16,715 nt of DNA from Oculatellaceae cyanobacterium bins.114. GTDB taxonomy: Bacteria; Cyanobacteriota; Cyanobacteriia; Elainellales; Elainellaceae. Location of the stretch: contig JANRJA010000059.1 of assembly GCA_033764315.1 (NCBI GenBank), forward strand, positions 1 to 16,715, written 5' to 3'. Shown here in pieces: positions 7,898 through 16,715 of the stretch (position 1 is its first letter; every line of letters begins with the position of its first letter). The position numbers and the translations under genes are program-made. The notes beneath the pieces were generated by a model. It had not been told where the DNA came from, ran no database searches, and saw only the letters and a program-made list of their open reading frames with translations.

Positions 7898-8869
7898 TTA
7901 ATAGAGGCGACTGAGGACATAATCGGTCAGGTTAATCAAGGTTTGTCGCGATTCGGATGGAGCCAGTCGAGTGATATGTTCGACGGCAAGCTGAGCATGG
8001 TGAGCCGCCAACTCGCGCGATCGCTGAATGCCCTGACTGTCTTTGACCAAGGCGATCGCTTGCTCTAGATCCTCCTCTTGGGCAAATTCACGGTCAATTA
8101 GCACTTCCAAATAGGGTTTTTCTTCGAGAGCATAGAGTACAGGAGCCGTTAAATTACCGCTTTTGAGGTCAGAGCCTGCGGGTTTGCCCAGGGCATCTAT
8201 TGACCCAGTAAAGTCTAGAATGTCATCGACAATCTGGAAAGCGAGACCCACGTGGCGACCATAGCTATACAAATCGAGGGCTAAATCGTTGCCTACTCCA
8301 CTGAGTAACCCAGCTGATTTAGAGCTATTAGCAATTAGCGATGCGGTTTTGTAATAGGTTTTCTCTAGGTAGGTATCAATGCTTAAGCTGGTGTCAAAGC
8401 GGTTTAATCCCTGCTGGATTTCTCCTTCGGCGTAGTCTTTGATCACTTCTGACAACAACTTCACGACCTCCAGGTTGTCAAGGTTTGCCAGATACCAGGA
8501 TGCTTGGGCAAATAAGAAATCACCTGCCAGAACCGCTACTCGATTGCCAAAGCTAGCGTGGACAGTAGGGACTCCTCGACGCAGCTCAGATTCGTCGATG
8601 ATGTCATCATGCACCAGGCTGGCCGTGTGAATCATCTCAGTTAACTCAGCCAGACGACGATGCTTTGGAGTTGGCTCATGAGTTGGCATGGTGGCGCGAG
8701 ATACCAGCAGCACGATCGCCGGTCTAAGCCGCTTTCCCCCTGCACCAAAGAGGTGCTCCGCTGCTGCGTATAAAATCGGGTGACGCGCACCCACCAATTG
8801 CTTCAGATTTTCTGTGAGCTGATGCAAGTCGGCTTCAACAGTAGAAAAGAGGGAGGTGGCTGAAGTCAT
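7898..8869 (-). CDS. sds: solanesyl diphosphate synthase (trans-polyprenyl synthase)
   Basis: 323 aa; MTSATSLF start, GGKRLRP, first DDxxD (HDDIIDES), KTASL, second motif FQIVDDILD. Confidence 0.93.
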   Translation of the reverse strand: MTSATSLFSTVEADLHQLTENLKQLVGARHPILYAAAEHLFGAGGKRLRPAIVLLVSRATMPTHEPTPKHRRLAELTEMIHTASLVHDDIIDESELRRGVPTVHASFGNRVAVLAGDFLFAQASWYLANLDNLEVVKLLSEVIKDYAEGEIQQGLNRFDTSLSIDTYLEKTYYKTASLIANSSKSAGLLSGVGNDLALDLYSYGRHVGLAFQIVDDILDFTGSIDALGKPAGSDLKSGNLTAPVLYALEEKPYLEVLIDREFAQEEDLEQAIALVKDSQGIQRSRELAAHHAQLAVEHITRLAPSESRQTLINLTDYVLSRLY

Positions 8870-8889
8870 GGATAAAGGCTTGTAAGTTA

Positions 8890-8907
8890 TTTACGAAATT
8901 TTACATA
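8890..8907. promoter_or_regulatory. candidate HLR1 (RpaB) direct repeat upstream of sds
   Basis: TTTACGAA-AT-TTTACATA, one mismatch to (G/T)TTACA(T/A)(T/A)-N2-(G/T)TTACA(T/A)(T/A). Confidence 0.55.
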
Positions 8908-9676
8908 TCTTGTGTTTATTCTAAGACAACCCCTCTACTTCTGGGAAAGCTCAACCTATCTGTTTCAGAGAATCTAGCAACTGCCATTGGAATCATTAGA
9001 AATTTGTATCCTAAATCACGTTTTGCGGTAGAGGCGATTGCCCTTGCTTTCTAACTAAGTATTTTTACTAATTACAGGTCAATTTTACTGAGTCTCAAAA
9101 TTAGAAACACCCCTCTTTTTCTGAAAGAGTTTTATGGGAATGAATCTTAGGGTTGATGTCTAAAATCAGAGTATTGGTAAAGAGCTAGAATCCTCTCCAA
9201 TTAAGGAAAAGCAGACAATTATAAGTTTTCAAAAAGTAGCTGATTTTTTTCCAAAAAAGTACGGATAAGTCATAAATCCTGTGTTAGTCTAATAAGTAAG
9301 GATTTCAAAATTTCATAAATCTGGTCACGGTAGATCTGCGATAACTGTTCTGTTCCGATGCAGGTGATATGGATCAGGAGCTGAGTTCATTTTTTGAATT
9401 CGTAGCCCTTGATTTTTGATTGCCGAGTTGAGCAGTCTTTCCTCTCTAGCAGAGGTTGGATCACCTCAGTTTCACGTTGGGTGAATCTGTAGTTTTGCTT
9501 GATTCGGTGTCGGCTCTAGATCAGTCAAGTCAATTTTACTGCGACATTGGATCGGGGTTAGCTGTCGATGCCCCTCAGTAGGCATTGATGCCTTCATTAG
9601 CGCACATGGTTGTGTTGCGCCGAATATTCTATTGCTTCTATGTAATTTCCTATCTTCACTCCTAACGGGCAAGGCT

Positions 9677-9778
9677 ATGACTTATAACGGTGTTCCATTC
9701 ATTATTCCGGTCTTGGCAGCAGGTTATCTTTTAGTTATCTATGTGTTGTTAATGCTAGTACAACGATCGAGAGCTTAG
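9677..9778 (+). CDS. putative 33-aa single-pass membrane microprotein
   Basis: MTYNGVPFIIPVLAAGYLLVIYVLLMLVQRSRA*; long uncharged hydrophobic segment followed by a basic tail; AAGG just before the ATG; hairpin downstream. Confidence 0.6.
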   Translation: MTYNGVPFIIPVLAAGYLLVIYVLLMLVQRSRA

Positions 9779-9844
9779 GCTCTTGGGGAAGGACGCTTAG
9801 GCGTTCTAACGGAGTGCTGCTTTAAAGCTACTTTAGATTTAGTA

Positions 9845-9889
9845 AAACAGCGAGGGAACTGAGAAGACTGCTTGGTTCCCTCGCTGTTT
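9845..9889. terminator. bidirectional terminator-like hairpin downstream of murI and the small ORF
   Basis: AAACAGCGAGGGAAC...GTTCCCTCGCTGTTT, perfect 15-bp arms with T-rich tails on both strands. Confidence 0.8.
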
Positions 9890-9900
9890 GTTTCGTTTGA

Positions 9901-10845
9901 TTAAGTAATATCTCCTGAGATAGAGTAAATTCGGTTTTCTGTCTCTGCTAATGCTTTGATGAGCTCGACTTGAGGAGCAAACCCCAACCACTGGTGAGAC
10001 AAGGAGATAAATTGCCCAATGGGTCCACTAACACAAAATCGGGTCGGCAGGGGAGCATGAGTATTTCTTAACCCCAACACATCTAGCTCTTGAGCGGCAG
10101 CATGAACGACATGCACGGCTGGATCGACCAAAGTAACGTGGTTAGGTAAAAGGGGCTTGATTACTGGGGAGAGGTGGGGATAGTGGGTGCAGCCATAAAT
10201 CAGCGTGTCAATTTGCTGCTCTATCAATGGATTGAGATATTTTTGTGCCATTGCCAGGGTATATGGGTCGTGTAAGCGATTTTGTTCGATCAGGGGCACA
10301 AATTCAGGGCAGCCTACTTGCCAAACCTGTGCAGTGCTGTCAATTTCAGCGATCGCCCGACGATAGGCATGGCTAGCCGCGGTAGCAGGTGTGGCAATCA
10401 CCCCAATCCGTTTGCCCTGGTGAACGGCTGCTCGTGCCCCTGGCAGAATAACCCCCAGCATGGGAACATCGAACTCAGTTTGAACGGTTTCAAGTGCCAA
10501 GGCTGAACTCGTGTTGCATGCCATGAGAACCATCTTGACGTTTTGCTGTTGCAACCACGCCAAAATCTCACGTGTAAACTCAACTATCTCGGCTTGAGAA
10601 CGGGTGCCATAGGGCAGGTGAGCCGTATCTGCAACATATAAAACTGATTCATGAGGTAACTGGCGATAAACCTCTCGCAACACCGTCAAGCCCCCTACTC
10701 CGCTGTCGAAGACAGCAATCCGAGCCCGTTGAGGGTTGTCAAGCGATAGCCCAGTCGTAGAAAGAACAGAGTAGTCTTGAGGATTGGAGGTGAGTCGGGT
10801 GAGTTCAGGTGAATGATTTGAAAAGTTTGGTACGGGGAATTGCAT
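9901..10845 (-). CDS. murI: glutamate racemase
   Basis: FDSGVGGLTV, DTAHLPYG, catalytic ACNTSS and GCTHYP. Start uncertain (ATG 10845 or TTG 10848). Confidence 0.96.
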   Translation of the reverse strand: MQFPVPNFSNHSPELTRLTSNPQDYSVLSTTGLSLDNPQRARIAVFDSGVGGLTVLREVYRQLPHESVLYVADTAHLPYGTRSQAEIVEFTREILAWLQQQNVKMVLMACNTSSALALETVQTEFDVPMLGVILPGARAAVHQGKRIGVIATPATAASHAYRRAIAEIDSTAQVWQVGCPEFVPLIEQNRLHDPYTLAMAQKYLNPLIEQQIDTLIYGCTHYPHLSPVIKPLLPNHVTLVDPAVHVVHAAAQELDVLGLRNTHAPLPTRFCVSGPIGQFISLSHQWLGFAPQVELIKALAETENRIYSISGDIT

Positions 10846-10860
10846 CAAACTAAGATTTGT

Positions 10861-12657
10861 TTAGAAGTTTTGCTGAATATATTGCAGGATACCGCGCGCG
10901 ATCGCCACTGCCATCTGGTTGCGGAAGTTTGGATCGCTCAGTAAGCGAGCATCTTGGGCACCCGTGACAAATCCAGTTTCAACTAAAACAGAGGGCATGG
11001 AAGTATTTCGGATGACATAAAATCTAGCCCGTCGCACCCCACGATCGAGCATTCCGGTTTCACGTACGAGGTTACTGTGAATGACTCGTGCCAATCTTTC
11101 ACCTTGAGCTGAGTAATAGTAAGTTTCTAGCCCATTGACATCAGGACGACTGAGATTAATGGCATTAGCGTGAATGCTGACAAAGAGATCTGCATTGGCC
11201 CGCTCTGCAATTTGTACTCGTGGATCAAGTTCAACATCTCGATTGTCACGTCGAGTTAAGACAACCTGTACTCCTTGCTGCTCTAGCAACGAAGCCACCT
11301 GCAACCCGATCGGCAAAACAATATCGATCTCACGCAAGCCCCCAATCCCGATTGCACCTGGATCTGACCCTCCATGTCCGGGGTCAATCACGACCACAAT
11401 TCGACCATTGCGAACGGTAGGCAATGGCCCTGATGGAGTGGGCACTGGTGGTCGAGCCACTGGAGGAATTGCAGGTTCTCCACGGCGTTGTATCGGCAAA
11501 GCCAGTAGTTGTCGTCCGGGTTGATTAATTTGCCCAAACCGAACCCCAGCCGCAGGTTGTAACAAAATCACAACCGTATCTTCATCTTCCTGGCGCAAAC
11601 GAATACTGAGGATAGGGCTACCCTGCCCTAACTGGGGTCCCTGGATATTGTCTGCTAGTTGTGCCGAGGGAATGGTAATGCGATAGGCAAGCGTCGCACG
11701 ATCCCACCCTGTGGTATAAGTCACAGGTTGATTAGCTCTGATCAGCAATTGCGATCCGTCAGGAGCCAGTTCAATGGCTTGAATGGTAGCGCGTGGCTGA
11801 GGAGTGGGAGCAGTAGGAGTAGGTCGCGCCCCTGGAGGGCGGTTTGCCATATTGCCGCTTGAAGGCAGAATGACAACTCCACCGAGGGAACTGCTGCTGG
11901 CTCGCCATTCAGATGCTTCATCTGATAGCTCTAACGTAATACGGGCAACTGGAGGAGAGGTCTGAGCTTGCTCGATTCGTACCCGCTCGACTCCATTGCC
12001 ATTTACGGTGATGTCCCGTTCTACCAGTTGTGGCGACAACGCTGTATTGGCGAGGTCAAAGGTGACTTGACGGCGATCGCGGCTACGCTGAATATCAATC
12101 TCTGGCTCTACCCCACGGGTACGAACAAAAAAACCATCGGGGGTGACTCGTACGCCTTCTAATTGGGTTGCTGCACCGGGAATAGCAGGGGTAACGGACG
12201 GTAACGGGCTAGGGGTAGCGGATGAAGGGGGTGTTGGCAGTGGAGATGCATTGGGATCGGTAGATTGCGGCGTGGGCAACTGCACCATCCACTGGGTGGG
12301 GGTAGCCCCTCGCACCATAATTTGTTGAGGGTCGAGGGTATAGCCTGAAACCAACTCAATCACAATTCGGGTGGTTTGAGCATCAAATTGTCCTACTCTC
12401 ACCTCTCGAATGGCACCCCCCACCGCTTGGTTGAGAGGCGATCGCCCCAGGGTAGTGCCTGGTAGATCGATGACTAGACGAGTTGGGTTTGCCAACAGTT
12501 GTGCTCTAGGTTGAACTCCATCATCTGTTGTAAACACGAGGCGGTTTTCACTGGCATTAAAACGCCAAAATTGGAGTGTCGTAGCCTCTGCTGGAGCCAT
12601 GATCAGCAGAGCACCCATAACACCCAGAAAACCGGGAAGGAACCGATAAAATCTCAC
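10861..12657 (-). CDS. amiC: N-acetylmuramoyl-L-alanine amidase, AmiC type (signal peptide, AMIN domains, Amidase_3)
   Basis: Signal peptide ending AEA; AMIN NPTRLVIDLP...VRVGQFD; Pro-rich linkers; catalytic IDPGHGG, E, SIHAN and LVETGF. Confidence 0.92.
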   Translation of the reverse strand: MRFYRFLPGFLGVMGALLIMAPAEATTLQFWRFNASENRLVFTTDDGVQPRAQLLANPTRLVIDLPGTTLGRSPLNQAVGGAIREVRVGQFDAQTTRIVIELVSGYTLDPQQIMVRGATPTQWMVQLPTPQSTDPNASPLPTPPSSATPSPLPSVTPAIPGAATQLEGVRVTPDGFFVRTRGVEPEIDIQRSRDRRQVTFDLANTALSPQLVERDITVNGNGVERVRIEQAQTSPPVARITLELSDEASEWRASSSSLGGVVILPSSGNMANRPPGARPTPTAPTPQPRATIQAIELAPDGSQLLIRANQPVTYTTGWDRATLAYRITIPSAQLADNIQGPQLGQGSPILSIRLRQEDEDTVVILLQPAAGVRFGQINQPGRQLLALPIQRRGEPAIPPVARPPVPTPSGPLPTVRNGRIVVVIDPGHGGSDPGAIGIGGLREIDIVLPIGLQVASLLEQQGVQVVLTRRDNRDVELDPRVQIAERANADLFVSIHANAINLSRPDVNGLETYYYSAQGERLARVIHSNLVRETGMLDRGVRRARFYVIRNTSMPSVLVETGFVTGAQDARLLSDPNFRNQMAVAIARGILQYIQQNF

Positions 12658-12822
12658 TGTAAACCTCTACAAAAACCGGCTATGAGTCACACAGGTAAAT
12701 TCTCACTGCACAACCACTCTCATCAAAGCGAGAATCTTTAACGTAAATACATTCTGTGCAGTTTGTAATCAGGGAGTTTCGATGGGGAAGCGTTGCCAGT
12801 TTAGCACCTAACTTTAGACGGT

Positions 12823-14343
12823 TTAACTGGATTGAGATTCTTGAATAGAGTCCACCTCAGAGGCGGATGTCGGCGAAGTAGACGTAATCAAAGAGGGGTT
12901 ATTGGAGCCATCCACAAGGGCGATCGCTGGATCTGTTATCACACCCTCTGATGGAGAGGATTGAAACACAACTCGCAATAGGGCTGGTGCTAAAAACGTT
13001 GTGAGAATCACCATGACAATAATGCCCGCCTCTAATGACTCTGACAGCACTCCCGTTGCGGAACCGACGCCAACAAACACGAGACCCACTTCCCCCCGTG
13101 GAATCATACCCACGCCGATCGCCAGTCGATTAATGCCGGGTTGACCAAACACCGCTAACCCGGTCACAACCTTGCCAATAATGGCGACAACAATCAAAAA
13201 TGTCGCAATGATCAAGCCTTCTCGATTAGCCGGATTAAGCGGATTTAACACACTCACATCGGTTTTGGCTCCCACCGTGACAAAAAAGATAGGAACTAAA
13301 ATGTCAGCCACTGGAATCACCTGTTCTTCCAGTTCTTGGCGTTTTTCGGTTTCTGCCAGCACTAACCCTGCCGCAAACGCCCCCAAGATAGCCTCTAGTT
13401 GGATAGCCGCCCCGATGTAAGCAAGCACAAAGGTAAAGATCAAAGACGACAACAGCAATTGTCCACGGGTGGTCATGCGGTTGACCAGTGCCATGAAATA
13501 GGGGCTGAGGAAACGTCCTAAGAAAATTGACCCAACCAAAAATATGGCAGCACCTGCTATCAAATAGAGCACCTGTGAAATCTCAATTTCACCAGTCTTT
13601 GCTAAACTTGCTACCACCGCTAAGACGATAATGCCTAGCACATCATCTAGTACGGCTGCCCCAATAATAATCTGCCCTTCCCGTGAATTTAGGCGTTGCA
13701 GCTCGGCCAAGACCTTTGCCGTGATGCCAATGCTGGTTGCAGTCAGGGCTGCCCCAGCAAACACCGCTGGAATAGTAGGCACTCCAAATAGAGCAATTAG
13801 CCCAGCCGTTCCAGCTGCAAACGGGACGGCGACCCCTACGACAGCAACAACGGCAGCTTGTGGGCCAACGCGAATCAATTCTTTGAGATCAGATTCTAGC
13901 CCAATCTCAAATAACAGAATGATCACTCCTAGCTCGGCCAACACTGAAATCACTTCACTCTGGGCTTGAAACACATCCAGAGCGGCTTCGGGTCTTAGCC
14001 CGGTCGTCAGTTGTAAAAAAGAGAGAACAGCCGAGTTAGTTTCTCCTGAACTTTCAGGGAACACGATCAGATGGAGTGCTGAAACGCCAACAACAACACC
14101 TCCGATTAGTTCCCCTAGCACCGATGGCAAATTAATTCGGGCGCAGATCTCACCGCCTAGCTTGGCGGCAAAATAAATTATCACTAAGCTCAACAAAACC
14201 CCTGCTAATACGAACGGTGCATCTTCTGCATTAGGGGTTTCGGCGACTAAAAACGAACCTCGAAGCGGTGGAAATATCAAGCGATCTGGGCTGATGTTGA
14301 TTATCCAAGCAATTGGATCAACCATGTGCTTAACAAAACTCAT
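12823..14343 (-). CDS. cation:proton antiporter, CPA2 family (NhaS3-like Na+/H+ antiporter)
   Basis: Many TM helices; LLFEIGLESD, TATSIGIT, GAAVLDDVLG, GMIPRGEVG. Start uncertain. Confidence 0.92.
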   Translation of the reverse strand: MSFVKHMVDPIAWIINISPDRLIFPPLRGSFLVAETPNAEDAPFVLAGVLLSLVIIYFAAKLGGEICARINLPSVLGELIGGVVVGVSALHLIVFPESSGETNSAVLSFLQLTTGLRPEAALDVFQAQSEVISVLAELGVIILLFEIGLESDLKELIRVGPQAAVVAVVGVAVPFAAGTAGLIALFGVPTIPAVFAGAALTATSIGITAKVLAELQRLNSREGQIIIGAAVLDDVLGIIVLAVVASLAKTGEIEISQVLYLIAGAAIFLVGSIFLGRFLSPYFMALVNRMTTRGQLLLSSLIFTFVLAYIGAAIQLEAILGAFAAGLVLAETEKRQELEEQVIPVADILVPIFFVTVGAKTDVSVLNPLNPANREGLIIATFLIVVAIIGKVVTGLAVFGQPGINRLAIGVGMIPRGEVGLVFVGVGSATGVLSESLEAGIIVMVILTTFLAPALLRVVFQSSPSEGVITDPAIALVDGSNNPSLITSTSPTSASEVDSIQESQSS

Positions 14344-14419
14344 TGCTGTCTACTGTACATGGTTCTTTTCAAGATGCAGCGATCGCTCCTGAGGAATTCA
14401 CCAGAACTGGCTTTAGAAA

Positions 14420-15232
14420 CTAGACAAAAACCCGGTGTTTCAGGGAAGGCATTTGTCGCCGTACCTGTTCTAACCGAGAAGGCTCAATCGAGGCGATTGC
14501 CACTCCTGGTTTATCACCCGCATCTGCCAGCACCACTCCCCACGGGTCAATGATCACGGCATGACCATGAGATTGTCGCAAGGTGTTGTGTCGTCCGGTT
14601 TGGGCTGGAGCAATGACATAACAGGTATTTTCGATGGCTCGTGCTTGAAGGAGTACCTGCCAGTGATCCTTCCCGGTGTAAGCGGTGAAAGCGGCAGGCA
14701 CAAACAAAACCTCAGCCCCCATTTGAGAGAGATGGCGATAGAGTTCTGGAAAGCGCACATCGTAACAAACTGACAAGCCGATGTGACCCAATTCTTTAGA
14801 AGGATGCACAGGTGGCAGTTGAAGACCGGCTAAAACCGTTTCCGATTCTTGATAAGTGTTGCCATCAGGCAAGTTGACATCAAATAAATGCACCTTTTCA
14901 TAGCGAGCCAGGTTTTCCCCCGTTGGCCCAACTAACAATGCTGTGTTATTGACTTTTCCGCCATCAGTTGGCACTGGAAACCCACCACCCAAAAGAGTCA
15001 CTTGATAGCGTTGAGCCATAGTTCGCAAAAACTTTTCACTGGCTTGGGCGATCGCCTCGGCTTGTTTCAGCTTGGCAACTTCGTCTCCTAAGAAAGAAAA
15101 ATTTTCTGGCAAACCAATTAATTCTGCCCCCTGGCGCACTGCCAGATCAATTAAATCCTCTGCTTGAAGCAAATTTTTTTCCAAATCAGGCAGACTATTC
15201 ATCTGCACAGCAGCAGCCAGATAAGACTTCAT
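14420..15232 (-). CDS. carbon-nitrogen hydrolase, Nit1/deaminated glutathione amidase-like
   Basis: Catalytic triad E (LPENF), K (YEKVHLFD), C (VCYDVRFPE); ARAIENTCY; GHAVIIDPWG. ATG 15232 (MKSYLAAAVQ) preferred. Confidence 0.92.
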   Translation of the reverse strand: MKSYLAAAVQMNSLPDLEKNLLQAEDLIDLAVRQGAELIGLPENFSFLGDEVAKLKQAEAIAQASEKFLRTMAQRYQVTLLGGGFPVPTDGGKVNNTALLVGPTGENLARYEKVHLFDVNLPDGNTYQESETVLAGLQLPPVHPSKELGHIGLSVCYDVRFPELYRHLSQMGAEVLFVPAAFTAYTGKDHWQVLLQARAIENTCYVIAPAQTGRHNTLRQSHGHAVIIDPWGVVLADAGDKPGVAIASIEPSRLEQVRRQMPSLKHRVFV

Positions 15233-16102
15233 AGACGTAGCTTGGTGAAACGAGGTCGGTTGCGAGGATAACCCTAAACGGGTACACATTATCATTCAAG
15301 TCTAAATTTTCCCTCAAAAGGAGGACAGGTTTTGAATGAATTTGTATTAAAGCACTTAGAATTTTAATCTGGAACGTCAGTTTATTTACAGAAGAAAATA
15401 AATAAATACGGATCTTACATTGAAGTTTTGGTAAACAGCGATCTATTTCAAACCGAATAAGTAAACATTGGAAAAAATGACTTTCATTTTCATGAGGAGC
15501 GTTAATTTTACAGAGCTACACCCTAAGTCCTGTAATTTACCTAACCCATAAAAGGAAGTAAGTCGTGGCGTTTCCCAATATCTACTCGTGTCTTACTGCT
15601 ATCAGCATCTTAGTTAGTGGATGGTGAAAAAGTAATCAAGGAATAAAAACATCCCAACCGTTAAAGACCCTCAGTATAAGTACCGAAAACGTAGTTCAAG
15701 AAAACTTTAAAAAACTGCTCTTTTGGTGATTTTTCATAAAGTTTTGGTGAACTTGTTGAGAATGAGGGTTGCGCAATCACCCCACTACCTATTTAATTTT
15801 CCTCAACTGATAAATCAGTGCGGCTAATGTAAGGGTCAGAATTAGAAGTGTGCAACCTGCCAATTTAGACCGCGATCGATGCATCTCATCAATCATTGCT
15901 ATTACAGGTTTTTCTTGCATCTCAAAGACAATCAACTGAGTTATCAGGGTTCATCCTAAGCATGAAGCGAACTAATCTTCAGTTTGCCTAAACACTGCAT
16001 CCATAAATTGTTTGTTTTAGTCAGCCATCGATGTTTGAATCAGGGTTTTAAGGTCTGGCGATTTGTAAACCGTTGTCATCGCACAGAGCGAATTTTAAAG
16101 CT

Positions 16103-16648
16103 ATGTCAAACTTCAAACTCTCCAATGTTTCTAATCGCAACCCTCTGGTCTTTTTAGAGCAAAACCCAACATTAACAGATGCTTTATTAATAGATTGCAA
16201 TTACAACCGAGATGAAGTTATTGCTATCATTCAACGTGTTTTAGAGTCTCCTGGCCGCTGTCAATTAACTGAATTTTATATTCAGATCGTCGTTACTGGG
16301 CACACTACGTTTTTAGTAACCAATTTAAATTCCAAACGAGAGGATTGCTTGCTAGAAAGCAATTCTACCTGGTTGATTGGTAGAGATGCGACTTGCGCTA
16401 TTACGATTCCAGATAGCTCTGTATCACGCTGTCATGCGGTTGTCGGGTATCACCCGATTGATGGCGTATATATTGCTGATGTGGGTAGTAGCAATGGCAC
16501 GCTTGTTAATCGTCGTCGCCTAGTCAATCGAGAACGCCGCACACTTCAAGATGGAGACTTGCTGCAACTTGGAGAGCTGAAGATTGAGTTTTTCTTGACG
16601 AGTCGCAAACTTCAAAAACCTATGACTTATGAGCCAACCTATTTCTAG
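16103..16648 (+). CDS. FHA domain-containing protein
   Basis: WLIGRD, VSRCHA, DVGSSNGT, LQDGDLLQLG. ATG 16103 preferred over TTG 16073. Confidence 0.9.
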   Translation: MSNFKLSNVSNRNPLVFLEQNPTLTDALLIDCNYNRDEVIAIIQRVLESPGRCQLTEFYIQIVVTGHTTFLVTNLNSKREDCLLESNSTWLIGRDATCAITIPDSSVSRCHAVVGYHPIDGVYIADVGSSNGTLVNRRRLVNRERRTLQDGDLLQLGELKIEFFLTSRKLQKPMTYEPTYF

Positions 16649-16661
16649 GGTCGCCTCAATA

Positions 16662-16715
16662 TATAGCAGTCCTAAATCATTTGTGAAATTAGGAGGTTGT
16701 GAGAGTCGCACCCCG
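16662..16715. mobile_element. miniature inverted-repeat element, copy 2 (truncated by the window end)
   Basis: TATAGCAGTCCTAAATCATTTGTGA end. The interior GGTTGTGAGAGTCGCACCCCG matches the reverse complement of the copy 1 interior with one mismatch. Confidence 0.7.

Larger units (their letters stand above)
377..15055. repeat. HIP1 octamer GCGATCGC, about 20 dispersed copies
   Basis: Examples at 377, 591, 674, 1027, 3778, 4954, 5117, 5434, 5601, 6531, 6892, 8017, 8052, 10349, 10898, 12073, 12438, 12920, 14379 and 15048; none inside psbA. Confidence 0.9.

Noticed and set aside
9472-9672. 66-aa minus-strand ORF and a 25-aa plus-strand ORF (9588-9665) in the sds-murI gap
   Set aside because: No RBS, motif or compositional signal, unlike the 9677-9778 ORF
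946-15232. HIT and Nit genes in the same window (NitFhit Rosetta-stone idea)
   Set aside because: They are 13 kb apart on opposite strands, and the HIT protein is HINT-type rather than Fhit

Overview
Core-genome window from a cyanobacterium: about 20 HIP1 octamers (GCGATCGC), a psbA gene, gun4 and a cyanobacterial-type icd. The AMIN-domain amidase suggests a filamentous strain. Gene order: disrupted Uma2 endonuclease (-), DUF2809 membrane protein, HINT-type HIT protein, psbA (Q130, D1:1-like), recR, gun4 (-), RfaE-domain-II nucleotidyltransferase (-), NarL/LuxR response regulator (-), icd, sds (-), murI (-), AmiC-type amidase (-), CPA2 Na+/H+ antiporter (-), Nit1-like C-N hydrolase (-), FHA protein. 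I see no defence island, CRISPR array or intact transposase. The most interesting signals are intergenic: an unannotated 33-aa single-TM microprotein between sds and murI, a probable ACG start for recR, a long G.U-rich hairpin upstream of recR, two copies of a TA-flanked miniature inverted-repeat element, an RBS-occluding hairpin on the response regulator, and candidate NtcA and HLR1/RpaB sites. All calls come from reading the sequence; no searches were run.
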